From NCBI RefSeq assembly GCF_006345805.1, contig NC_043004.1, forward strand, positions 94,674,001-94,738,000: 64,000 nt of DNA, given 5' to 3'. Shown piece by piece: positions 25,560 to 38,584 of the stretch. Position numbers and translations under genes: made by a program. The stretch comes from Octopus sinensis. Lineage: Eukaryota. A model generated the notes under the pieces. It ran no database searches and was not told where the DNA came from. It worked only from the letters and a program-made list of their open reading frames with translations. Position 1 is the stretch's first letter; every line of letters begins with the position of its first letter.

Positions 25560-26320
25560 AATGAAATTAAAAAACGTGAAAATTAGTGCGTGATGCTGAG
25601 GAAAGTCGACTTGTCTGGTGTAAGATGTGGAGTAAGCAAGAACAACATAATACTACAGTTGAATGGCCCTGCAGCCCGAAGCAAACAACTTCTTATCCCC
25701 ACCAAGAGGCTATCCACTTCACAAAAGACAGTATCAGAAATATGTGTAAAAAGATAAGCAATTTGAAAGCAGCAGGACCTGATGGTGTACAGGGATTTTG
25801 GATAAAAAAAAATTCACTAGTTACCATAAATTGATCGCAGAGCAATTTAACCCTTTGGCATTTAAACCAGCCATATCCGGCCAAAAGTATTCTGCCTGTT
25901 TTATGTTCAAACTGGCCAGATCTGGTCTCTCACACCAACCCTACAATATCGTTTTAAAATTTAACAGCAACCTCATTAAAATCTCATAGCTACAAGATAA
26001 TGCAGGATTGGTTCAAAACAATGTGGATAAAAAAGCATTAATTTTGGCAGAATAATATGAACAGTAAAGGGTTTGCATTGATAAATGGGGAAGAAGAAAT
26101 CCCGGGCTGGTTGACAAAAGGACGAATGGTGTTGTGCCTGAAATGCTGCTAACAATTACAGACCAATTTCTTGCCTCCCGTTAATGTAGATGTTATTGTC
26201 AGATGAGAACGATATATTACCGACGGAACAAACGGCTGTAAAAGGAGATGCAGAGGTACTAAAGATCAACTATTGATAGACACAGTAGCAATGCAAGATT
26301 GTAAACGAAGGAGAACAACC
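25560..26320 (+). pseudogene. Non-LTR retrotransposon RT fragment (R4/Dong-like, RLE clade)
   Basis: Motifs KAAGPDGVQGFWIKK, PGWLTKGRMVLCLK, NYRPISCLP and RCRGTKDQLLID, with frameshifts. Interrupted by a MITE. Confidence 0.75.
25851..26071. mobile_element. MITE with TTAA/CCCT-type ends (piggyBac-like)
   Basis: ttaa|cccttt ... aaaggg|tt. Splits the LINE RT reading frame. Confidence 0.6.
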
Positions 26321-26786
26321 TGGTACTATTATAAAGGGCACTAGTCTGAAGCGCATCGCAACGGGACTGAACCCAAAACCATAGGGTCCGGAAGAAATCT
26401 TGTTAACTACACAGTTACGTCTGGTCTTTAAGTTAATTGCTTTTACATCTGGATAGTGTTCGTTACGAGGTATTGATAATCTTAGTGAAATGTAATGTTA
26501 CAATAAGTCTCTCTTCAATTCACAAACAATGGACGGCTGATTTGCTAGAAATAGTAACTAAATATTTCTGCAATCACAATCTAATATCTTAATAAAATGA
26601 CGGACACATTTGATAAAGCAGTGCTTGGTATATAGACTGGCTTTAAAAGAAAAGACAAGCGTCACGAGAAGGCTTTCGATTATTTTCCCTGCCGATCAGG
26701 GCTGAACTGAATCTAAGCGCAATAATACAATGCTGATAAGGAATACCTCGATGACGAGAATGAGGGTTATGTTGGCGGTGGACAAG

Positions 26787-27016
26787 GGCGGCGAGCTGGC
26801 AGAATCGTTAGCACGCCGGGCGAAATGCTAAGCGGTATTTCGTCTGTCGTTGCGTTGTGAGTTCAAATTCCGCCGAGGTCGACTTTGCCTTTCATCCTTT
26901 CGGGGTCGATAAATAAAGTACCAGTTTCGCACTGGGGTCGATGTAATCGACTTAATACCTATGTCTGTCCTTGTTTGTCCCCTCTGTGTTTAGCCCCTTG
27001 TGGGTAATAAAGAAAT
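26787..27016 (+). mobile_element. SINE family C
   Basis: Full head ggcggcgagctggcagaatcgttag through tail gtgggtaataaagaaata. Confidence 0.92.
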
Positions 27017-27729
27017 AGGTAAGAATAGCATGGACAACGAATGGTCTCGTTACAATGGAACCACAACATAGACGATTGACTTGCTAGAAATAACAACTAA
27101 ATCTCTCCAATATCATAATCTTAATAAAATGAAGGGCGCATTTGATAAAGTAGTGGTCGGTACAATCATCACAAGAAAGCCTTTGGTTTTTCTTCTCTTT
27201 TACCTTCCCGACAAACAACAATAATAAAGCAATGATTGATGATCATTGTCATGACAACGACGACGGTTATGTGGGTAATGGTGACGGTGGGGACGTTGGG
27301 ACAACGATGATGACAATACAAAAAACCAACTAATGGTATAGCGGCATAGTAGATATATGTAACAGAAAGAAACTAAAATAGCTGCGTACAAAAAACCATG
27401 TCTGGGTCGCAGACTCGGGTCAATTGACGCCCATCTCTATAGGTTTTTGGCAGTTACCACATGTCCGAAATACACCGATTACAAGTTCTTGACAGAGTCT
27501 ATATCATAACAATAGAAGCTTGTCGATTTGTTGGAGACCAGCATTAACAATGGTGAATGGAGAAAATATCAGTTATAAATAATGACGATAATGTGTATTA
27601 CTTAACTATTTCATTGCTGTCAAATTTGTACCAGACTTACAATAACAGAACAAAACAACAAAACTGTTGCCACTCTGTAACTGTCCAGAATCTTATGTAA
27701 AACACTATTGGAATAAACAGGCGACTGTT

Positions 27730-27752
27730 CATATACATACAAACATATATAT

Positions 27753-27785
<33 letters not shown>

Positions 27786-27801
27786 CATACATACACACAC
27801 A

Positions 27802-27837
<36 letters not shown>

Positions 27838-27844
27838 CATACAT

Positions 27845-27899
<55 letters not shown>

Positions 27900-27999
27900 A
27901 TATATATACATACATATGTATACACACACATGTATATATGCATATATATATATATGTATGTATATATATATGTATATATATATATATATATGTATATAC

Positions 28000-28037
<38 letters not shown>

Positions 28038-28260
28038 TATATATGTACATGTGTGTGTGTGTTAATGTACGCACATATGTATCTGATCTATGAATGAATA
28101 TATGTATATGTGTATACATATGCAAATGTATATGAATATCCAAACATAAACATACTGATGTATTGTCTATATGTGTATACACACATAAGATATGTATATA
28201 GAAAAAAACAGTTAAATTACATATGTTCTCACCTCTATGTAAATACATATAGATATATAT

Positions 28261-28328
<68 letters not shown>

Positions 28329-28569
28329 TTACGAGTAAATTACACATGAATATTTTCATGTACATATATATTATATACATACATATGAATATACATATGT
28401 AATATATATGCATGTGTGTGTGCGTGTATAGCCATATGTACAGCATACACATACACACACTTTTGTGAATCAATATTTACATATATTAGGGGGAGGAATA
28501 TATGTAAATACATGTCTGTGTACATATGTATGCATGACTCTCTATATATATATGTATGTATGTACATTT

Positions 28570-28644
<75 letters not shown>

Positions 28645-29184
28645 TACATATACACACATACACACATATATACGTACATACATGTACATATATAAACATT
28701 CTCTACATTAGACTCATAAAATATATGTACATATATCATAATTATGATTAAATACACTACAAATATACATATGTAGGAGCCATCAAAAATTCACACACAC
28801 ACACATACACACACTCGCACGCACGCACACACAAATATATTTATATATACACATTTATATGAATTCCTGCTTGCATCAGTAAGTGCATATACATATATGC
28901 ATAGCCTAGATGTATGTGTATACTCATTTATACACATACTCATATATACACATGCACTCATATATCATACTTATTTTTCTACATACAAACATAACTACAC
29001 ACACATATATATGTATACATACATACATATATATATATATTATATACGCACAAACATACATATAAACAACCATCCATACATACAAACATACACACGTGCA
29101 TACATATTCATGTTGTTTAATACAAACCTATTCATATATGAATTATGTTGTGGTTAGTGAATACTTTATATGAAAATATACATA

Positions 29185-29216
<32 letters not shown>

Positions 29217-30000
29217 TTTATATATATACACACTTAAATTTTATAAAGCCATCTATTTATTACCACCTCTACCACCGTCGTGACCACCATCACCACAGGT
29301 ATTATCAGCAACAACTATATAGACATCATCGACATAATTTCCTCAGATACAAACTCTAGTGACACCGACACCAATTTACTGAAAATTACTATGTATACCA
29401 CTACCACTATCACCACCACTACCACAACTACCACAACCACCACCACCACCACCACCAATGCCATCTTTCGTATCAACACCAATGATATCAACATTATCTC
29501 ATTTCTAACATGGTTCACATTTACATCACCAACACCATCACAGCCAAAAGTCTCATCCTAAACCCCACAGCCACCACCACCAACATCACCACAACCATAA
29601 CCACCACCACCATCACCATAATCGTCATAATATATTTATATAAAACCATTCAACTTATATAGGGGAAAGGAAAATAAAGAAATATATCCCCACAAATGCA
29701 AAGAAAATCTGGAAACCTCTCCATATTTATACGAAGAACGCCATTTATTGGCATGTCTCAAGAAATTCTTTGACATTCAGCTCTAGTAAAGCCTTTGCAC
29801 ATTGCTTTTTTTTATGTTTCAGCAATAGAGGGCAATGATAGATCAATAGCATCATACTTAGATTTTTGTAATCTCCTTACGTATCATACTCACATGCCTA
29901 TGAACACATCGGCTTGCACACATGAATGCTCACGTACAAAAATATATGCATGTGTATACATACGTACATACATACATACATACATACATACATACATACA

Positions 30001-30035
<35 letters not shown>

Positions 30036-30050
30036 GTATATATCTATACA

Positions 30051-30113
<63 letters not shown>

Positions 30114-30320
30114 GTATATATACAGGTGGTACCCTAGCCTGGTCACAACCTTAGGGCTGAAATGTATAAAAGAATATATGTATATATACCCACATGCGTG
30201 CACATAATATATATAAATACATATATACATGCATCTGTGTCTGTATGTGTGTGTGTGTGTGTGTGTGTATGTGTGTGTGTGTGTGTCTGTGTGTATGTGT
30301 GTGTGTGTGTGTGTGAATAA
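27730..30320. repeat. Large compound microsatellite field: (AT)n, (AC)n, (ACC)n, (TACA)n
   Basis: Direct inspection. Source of many spurious ORFs. Confidence 0.9.
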
Positions 30321-31036
30321 CAGAAATATTTCATGTATGAAGAATTTAGATAAAAAAACGTCTATGAACAAGGCAAAATATATTATCTGGTTTAGAGTAT
30401 CGATATATTAAATATCTTGTACTTAAATCAAATTATCACAGTAATATAGTAGTTTGCTTATGAATACTAACATACAGATAAACAGATATTTGCCTATATA
30501 TATTTTGACATATAGTGAGCATTTCATATACTAAATACATGCTTAGTTAGTATAGTAGTGTCTCATATATGTGATATGATGAGTTGTAAATTTTCAGTCA
30601 AATGAAATTATTCGAGCAATTATTAGGAAAATTCTTCTCGGGATATTGAATATGTAACATCAAACAAGGGAAATAACTGAAACCGAATCTGTTGACTAAA
30701 AAGGTTTTGACGCCACAGACAATGCTTATTAAAGTGAAAAATCGTCTTTAAAATCAGATGATGTAAAAAAAGGAACATGTGTTCTCATGAGATAACTAAT
30801 CTGGAAAAATTGATGGTGATCAATGTATGTAGAAATAGAGGAAATCTGTTGATGCTGATTATGAATGCGTACAATATGGCAGTTGAGGAAAATACTCTGG
30901 AGAAGTGTTCTGTATGCTAGATACAAGCACAATACATGCACATGTAATATGATGAGTTTAAAAAATGCTATCATCTGAGATTAATCAAGCAAATATTTGA
31001 CAAGTTTCTCTCTAAGAATGCCGAAAATTATATATA

Positions 31037-31102
<66 letters not shown>

Positions 31103-31276
31103 TATACTGCTATGAACAGAGTGGTGGCTGCAAGAGTTACAAAATAGCCCTGTAGGACAAACAGCAGTATGGCACTTTGCACACACACACACACACACAT
31201 ATGTATGTATATATATTTATATATATTCTGTATTTAAGAGATGAAGAATTATGCACATATTTATATTATTAACTTT

Positions 31277-31314
31277 GTTTCGGCTGATATACCCTCCAGC
31301 CTTCATCAGGTGTC
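31277..31314 (-). ncRNA. Hammerhead ribozyme, truncated after GAAAC
   Basis: gacac-CTGATGA-a-ggctg-gagggtatat-cagcc-GAAAC, then unrelated sequence. Confidence 0.65.
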
Positions 31315-31381
31315 TTGGAGAAATTTCGAACCTGGGTTCTCATTTCTAAGGTATTTTTCGATGTTGTTGTTGTTGTTGCTG

Positions 31382-31416
<35 letters not shown>

Positions 31417-31509
31417 GTTCAGGTCACTGCCTGGAATCGAACTCGGAATCTTGGGGTTAGTAGCTCACGCTCATAACCCCAAGATTCGGACTTCGATTCC
31501 AGGCAGTGA

Positions 31510-31606
<97 letters not shown>

Positions 31607-31717
31607 AAGAAGAAGAAGAAGATGAAGAAGATGACCAACAACAACAACAACAACAGCAACAACAACAACATCGAAAGATACCTTAAGAATGAGAACCCAG
31701 GTTCGAAATTTTCCCAA

Positions 31718-31763
31718 GACACCTGATGAAGGCTGGAGGATATATCAGCCGAAATGTTGTGTT
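31718..31763 (+). ncRNA. Minimal type I hammerhead ribozyme
   Basis: gacac-CTGATGA-a-ggctg-gaggatatat-cagcc-GAAA-t-GTT-gtgtt. The other arm has C at position 15.2, which would give a palindromic AACGTT stem III. Confidence 0.75.
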
Positions 31764-34229
31764 AGCAACAAACAAGATGAGGACAAATATCCGTCAATTG
31801 TAAATAATGCAAATAATATTTACATATATATATATTTTGTGCTCTTTGCTTCTCTCGAGAGGAACAACACGCAGAAAGTGATAGTGATAGATCATCGCTA
31901 GGAGAGCTACGTGCAAGGATTTCCAAGAGTGGGAAGCGATAATAATTTCTTTCAGATGAATAAACAGATACCGACACATAGCAACAGAAATACATTCCTG
32001 AATATTGAAGACATTTGTGGCAAGTTGTGCACAGACCACAATGGCTTGACGATCCACCTCACTAAAAAGAAATACATTAATTTCTAAATACATATGCTGT
32101 TAATAATAAATGTCTTGAAGAATCTGATAATTTATTTTCTCCATCGCAGTCAAATCTAATTTTCGTCCTAATGGTACCGATTATACATTTTTAACTGCAA
32201 CTCTATTCAAAATTAAATATTATCATCGTAATTATACTTTCAGAAATTGGAAGAAATTGGACACCATACTGATCACTTATATATCCTATCTAAAAACTAA
32301 GAACTCAACCAAAATATTTCTTGTGCCAATAAATTATTTTGTCGTTTATGCGTACTCGAGAAACTTTTTCTGCTAATACACTGCACTAACACATTGAAGA
32401 AACAGAGAATTATTATCTCATTGCTTGCAGAGATGTTGTTATCTTCTAAAATACAACGGCAACATGTCTCATACGACATTATTATCATTTGCAAAAATTA
32501 TGAGATCTTTTCCCCTTTTATCATATCTCTCACATTTTTAAGAAACATATATCGGCATATTAACAGATTTACACATACACTGAACCGACGAATACCCCTA
32601 TATGCATATTTTATAGTTTGACATTATTCTTCTACTAATTAATAATACTGAATGATCACAAATTTACAATATCGTACAGCAATTTAAACCGTAATTTTTA
32701 ACAGTAAATTATAATGTCACACTAAACTGATGAATACTCATAAATTTTTTTCTACATTACCTGGTTTGTCACAGAATGGCAAAACCCCAAGTTGTAATGT
32801 TATAGTGTAATCATTAGTTAATAATCAACATACACACAAACACAAACATACCACACACACACATTGCATGCTTCTAGTAATGCTTTTTATACACACAAAT
32901 GTGTGTGTATGCAAAGCATGGTTAGAAGAATGCAATAGTTAACACACATGAGAAAAACACAGTCTCACAAAATGATACTTCCAGGAATAATATACTGGAT
33001 AACGACTCGAGATCAAACTAATCAAAATGGATAATAGTAATCTTCACTTCCATACACTATAATATATTCGATCCAATAGAAAAGGATATGACTGCTGGAC
33101 CAATGGAGATATTGAAACAGGCAGTAATTATCAAAAAGTATATTGTTATTCTGCTTACAATTTGTGGACGCATATTATACTTCAAAGGAAATCAAAATTG
33201 AAAATATTTCCCTTCGCATATAAAGTATATGCCTGGGTGATATGATAGTTTTATTCATTTTCTAATATAAAGGACGCTAGGATCTAATACCTTTAAATAA
33301 TTGTTCAAATCCTTTATTTATTACAAATAAGAAACAGATTTAATATCTTTCAATGAGTGTTTAAGTCCTAGATTAAGAAATGCACGACACGACGTAAACT
33401 CGATTAAATAGAAATCTAATTGTGTACGATGCGCATCACTGTTTCCTTTGGTTTCCTCCTTTCATTTCTCTCTCTCTTTTTTTTCCCTCAATTCTACAGC
33501 GAATCAACATACTATTTACATTGGATGCATACATTATCTAGCCACCATTCTGCTGTCCACAATTTATTTTACTATTATTGTTGAATACTTTCATTGCTTC
33601 TTATTTTTTGTTGATTTTCTGGGAAAACATTTTCACTCTTTTGCAAAAGAAAAATGCTTTCACCTTCACTTTTTGCAAAGTAAACACTTTATTTTCATGA
33701 GGCAGCAGATTGTAATCAGAAAGGAAGGCATTACCGTTTTTTTTCTTTTTTCTTTTATTCTTTTTGTTTGTTATCTTTTATCTTTGTAAACTTTTGAAAA
33801 TTTTCGGCACTCCAAGTTTTATTCTCATTTTACACATTTTTTTTCCTACATTTCTTCAAAGTTTGCTCGATAAATTTTATTCTCACTTCACATTTAAATA
33901 AATTTTAGTTTGAAACGAAATTAAAGACTTGAATACTTGAAACGATAAGAGAAGAAAAATGAGATGATACAGGCAAAGGATGAGAAAAAAGAAACAAAGA
34001 CAGGAAATAAATGTTATAAGACTAAACCAACGGATAAGAAGAGCCAACATGACTGAGCTGAAATGTGCAAGATACCTAAGGTGTCAAAGAAAAAGTCAAC
34101 AGATATGATGAGAAAAGATGGACGATGAAAAGCTGAGAGAGTGGAAAGCAATGAAATGATATGAACGAAGAACAGTGGGCAGAATATCAGGAAAACTTTG
34201 AGAAAAGAATCGAACACAACAGAAAAACA

Positions 34230-35000
34230 CAAACAAAGAATGTTTAAGAAATTTTTCAAGCAAAAAGATAATGTCAGAGATGGTATGGCGTATTTATGAT
34301 ATGACCTTAGAATGAAGAAGTGGTAGTTGAGACACACAACATCAGAGAAATGGGCAAAACTTGTCCTCATTATAACATTAGGATTCAGAAATAGTGATAA
34401 AGTGCGATTTTCTCTTCTGCAGCCTTATCCTGATGAACTCCAGTTGATATTTGATGGGAATAATGAAGAAGCTAATAAATTCAAGAAAATATCTGAAATA
34501 ATTATAGCCGGGCAGTTTATTTAGTGCTTCATTTATTACATCTGAAGAGAAAGGCTTTATTAATTTACGATTCAAGGGAAGACAAACTACCTTTATTCTG
34601 CACCTGATAATGATTGCAAACTTTACATTATTGAAGCTAATGAAGGTTTACTATAACAAATAGAAGCACTTCAATGTTCAGAATGTTTGCCCGATGTGGT
34701 GACTATAATGAAATAAATTATGATGCTTTAGAACTTATACAATGAGTGAACAGATCTTGAAGAACAGGAAAATATTGCTTCCCGAAAATATGAACTATGC
34801 TTCAGAGGAAAACTTAACATAAGATGGCACAATTTTCCAACGAGAGATGAAATTGCCTCTGCGTTTATCAGTGAAAATGCTACTCCTCCAGAAATAATAC
34901 AGTCTTAATACATTCAAGGATCTTGTATTTATCTTGCCATCTCGATCCATTGTGTTACTGCCTTTGATTTTCCTATAGGTGTTTTAGCTGGCACGGTGAT
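34230..35000 (+). pseudogene. Fossil Helitron RepHel N-terminal fragment
   Basis: Degenerate motifs LLQPYPDELQLIFDGNNEEANKFKK(NIRNYN), FTIQGK, LYIIE, RWHNFPTRDEIASAF and HLDPLCY..FP resemble the Helitron Rep upstream domain. Confidence 0.65.
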
Positions 35001-35077
35001 AAGCAATATATTGAAGAACGATGAACCTGTCTTCGAAATAAGGCGACTACGAAAGTGCTCTACGGTTACCCTTCTGG

Positions 35078-35109
<32 letters not shown>

Positions 35110-35187
35110 ATGTATATATATAGTAATAATAATAATAATGATAGTAGTAGTAGTGGTAACAGCAGAAGCAGCAGAAGCAGCAGCAGC

Positions 35188-35243
<56 letters not shown>

Positions 35244-36136
35244 GGAATATAATTCCAAACTTACAGGGAAAAATTCAATCAAGCAATTCTAAATCAAATT
35301 TCTCAATATATAATATATGTTTATAATTAAGAGAAATAGCCTCTATTAAGTAATTCAATAGTGAAAGACATTATCCATATTATATAGAATTACTTAATAG
35401 AGGTTATTTCTCTTAATTATATATATATATACAAATGTAATAACTTACTGTGGTCAAGGCTGCGTGGCGCTCAATTATAAATAAACTAAAAAATACACAT
35501 TGAGTACAGGACATCATCAACGAGTAAGAAATACGAAAACACACGAGAGAAAGTAGAGGACAAAATACCAAAAGAAGATAACTCGCTCATCAATTGCCGA
35601 CTGATTATCACTACTCATTTCGTGCTTTTAACGACAATAGAGGAATACTTCATAAGACAGCCACATCAAGAATTTTTTGAAATATGAAATTTGTAGAGAG
35701 TTAGGGCTTCGAACGAACAAACAACAAGAATATACGTACAGCGTAAGCAATCGACTAAGACAAACATTAAGGGTGATTAGGCCAAGCCAAATTGCAACAG
35801 GTAACGCCTGGGAGAAATTTTGAAAGGATACAGAATAAGTAGAAGAGAAGAAAATAGTAAAAGAGAAAAACGTGTCGAAAGGTGAAAGAAGAGGGAAATG
35901 ACGTCCTACTAGGTGGACGTCGCATCCAAAAAAGTCAGGCGAGAAAGGCCTAAAATCACGAGTGATTAACAAGCAGAATTGAAGGGGGACAAGAGAGAGA
36001 GAATGAGAGCAAGAAACGAAGGGCTGAGGAGAAGGGATAAGGAACCAAAGATAATAAGGAGTGAAAGAAAGTCAAAGAGAGAGAGGGGGAGAAAAAATAT
36101 GAGAAAGACAGAAAACATAGTGTGGAGTCACAGAAA

Positions 36137-36653
36137 TCTATATATATAAAACTGTAGTTGTGTGAGTGTCTGTCCCCTTCGATTTAGATTCCTAACTACT
36201 CCCACATTTTGCGGTGCAGTTTAACCAAATTCGGGTATCTTATAGTCGTGATTCATATCGAGCCCGTCTGTGTATTAGCGCGCGTCTACGATGAGTCTAC
36301 GATTTTAAAAATAATTTAACATCATTTTTTATTCCATTTTAATGCATAATTTTTCGTGTGTCGATGGCGGCGGAGTTGGCGTCCACGCTCAAACACCTGC
36401 ACCTGTGTTTGCTTCTCCCCCTTCTTCCCTCCCTCGTGAAGCTGTGGGGAAGGGAGTGTAAGGAAATCAACGTCGTAAAGCGTTGTCAACGAGACCAGCG
36501 TTCTTTTAGAACAACGACTTCATGGCTTGAAGACACCAAAACAGAAATGGCTAAGAAAGCCCGAATTGGCATCTATAAGGGAAGTAACTCTCTAAAAATG
36601 CTTATATAGTTATTTCCCTTACAAACCCGAGCAACGCCGGGCGATACTGCTAG
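36137..36653 (+). mobile_element. Non-autonomous Helitron (long variant)
   Basis: A|TC...CTAG|T, subterminal hairpin, and a GC-rich insert absent from the 8.7, 48.0 and 58.9 kb copies. Confidence 0.93.
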
Positions 36654-36782
36654 TTGTATATAAATATAAGAACTTACTGTGCAGTCGTTGGGGATATCCT
36701 GTACTTAATGTGTTTTTTTTATTTATTTATAATTGAACGCCACGCAGCCTTGTCAACAGTAAGTTCTTGCATTTATATACAA

Positions 36783-37292
36783 CTAGCAGTATCGCCCGGC
36801 GTTGCTCGGGTTTGTAAGGGAAATAACTATATAAGCATTTTTAGAGAGTTACTTCCCTTATAGATGCCAATTTGGGCTTTCTTAGCCATTTCTGTTTTGG
36901 TGTCTTCAAGCCATGAAGTCGTTGTTCTAAAAGAACGCTGGTCTCCTTGACAACGCATTACGACGTTGATTTCTTTACACTCCCTTCCCCACAGCTTCAC
37001 GGGGGAGGGAAGGGGGAGAAGCAAACAGGTGCAGCTGTGAGCGTGGACGCCAACTCCGCCGCCATCGACACACGAAAAGTTATGCATTAAAATGGAATAA
37101 AAAATGATGTTAAATTATTTTTAAAATTGTAGACTCATCGTTGACGCGCGCTAATAGCCAGACGGGCTCGATATGAATCACGACTATAAGATACCCGAAT
37201 TTGGTTAAACTGCACCGCAAAATGTGGGAGTAGTTAGGAATCTAAATCGAAGGGGACAGACACTCACACAACTAGAGTTTTATATATATAGA
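36783..37292 (-). mobile_element. Non-autonomous Helitron (long variant)
   Basis: Mirror of 36137-36653 at the homologous site. Confidence 0.93.
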
Positions 37293-37835
37293 TTTCTGAG
37301 ACTCCACACCCTGTTTTCTTTCTTTCTCTCTATCCTTCTATAAGCCTCTATATTTTCCTTTTCTCCTCCTCCCTCTTTGTCTTTCTCTTCCACTTATTCT
37401 ATATTCTTTTAAAATTTCTCCAAGGCGTTACCCGTTACAATTTGGCTTGGCCTAACGGCCCTTAATGTTTGTCTTGGTCGGTTGTTTACTCTGTACGTCC
37501 ACACTTGTTTGCTCGTTCGAAGCCCTAACTCTCCACAAATTTTATATTTTAAACATTTCTGGTTGCTGCTGTCTTATGAAGTATTCCTATCTTGTCGTTA
37601 AAAGCACGAAATGGGTAGTAATGAATAGTCGACAACTGATGAGCGAGTTATCTTTTTTTTAGTATTTTGCCCTGTACTTTTACACTCGTGTGTTGACATA
37701 TTTTTCACTCGTTGGCGATGTCCTGTACTTAATGTGTATACACATGCACACACATATTTTTTCTGCGTTTATGGATCACACATTGAAGGGAACAGAATTA
37801 TGGGATTTATATTTACAGCCATTATGGAATACCTA

Positions 37836-38064
37836 TTTCTTTATTACCCACAAGGGGCTAAACACAGAGGGAACAAACAAGGACAGACATAGGTATTAAG
37901 TCGATTACATCGACCCCAGTGCGTAACTGGTACTTAATTTATCGACCCCGAAACGATGAAAGGTAAAGTCGACCTCGGCGGAATTTGAACTCACAACGTA
38001 ACGACAGACGAAATACCGCTAAGCATTTCGCCCGGCGCGCTAACGATTCTGCCAGCTCGCCGCC
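37836..38064 (-). mobile_element. SINE family C
   Basis: Homology to 26787-27016. Confidence 0.92.
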
Positions 38065-38584
38065 TTTATGGAATACCGCAGACGATTTTACCACGGATAT
38101 ATATTATTCTTTCAAAAAATAATTTTAGAACAAGATTGTACCAACGCATATCTATACCAGTAACTTTTTTTTTAAATATACTTAAACAACATCTTTTTCA
38201 TATATTTTTCATATATTTTTAAACAGCATTCAATTGACTACACAGAAATTCATCCTCTTTGTCTCTAACAAGTGGAATTATTACCTAATAATGATTATCA
38301 ATTATAGATTTCATTTCGAAGGGTAATATATTCATGAAACGATCATAAGATATTTTAAACATCTAAACTTCTTAAATAATCACACTTTATATATTTATAC
38401 ATCTATTAATACAATATTATTTTTGACGTATATCTTCTGTGATGATTTTTGATGTAATTTTCCTGCTCTTATTTTATAATATAATATATAATCGCTCTTA
38501 TCAAATGTCTAAATACCTTTAATATTTTAGACATTTCTCTACCAAGAGCACTTATCAGAAATTCAGTATATTGTATTCTCATTG

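Larger units (their letters stand above)
31277..31830. mobile_element. Head-to-head dimer of a tRNA-headed, hammerhead-containing SINE-like element
   Basis: 31277-31460 mirrors 31474-31754. Each unit is a tRNA-like segment (ctaaccccaagattccgagttcgattccagg), trinucleotide tracts and an HHR. Confidence 0.8.
35241..37737. mobile_element. Penelope-like inverted-repeat structure containing two Helitrons
   Basis: 35495-36680 mirrors 36757-37737. The left terminus resembles that at 2566. The central 76 nt copies the outer 35445-35525 segment. Confidence 0.75.

Noticed and set aside
30700-30990. Possible exon on either strand
   Set aside because: The open frames lack consistent splice-site pairs and the peptides resemble nothing I recognise.
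37565-37625. Hammerhead in the arms of the 35.5-37.7 kb inverted repeat (CTTATGA...GAAAT..GTA)
   Set aside because: G5 is missing in both arms and stems I and II pair poorly. At best it is a long-dead relic.
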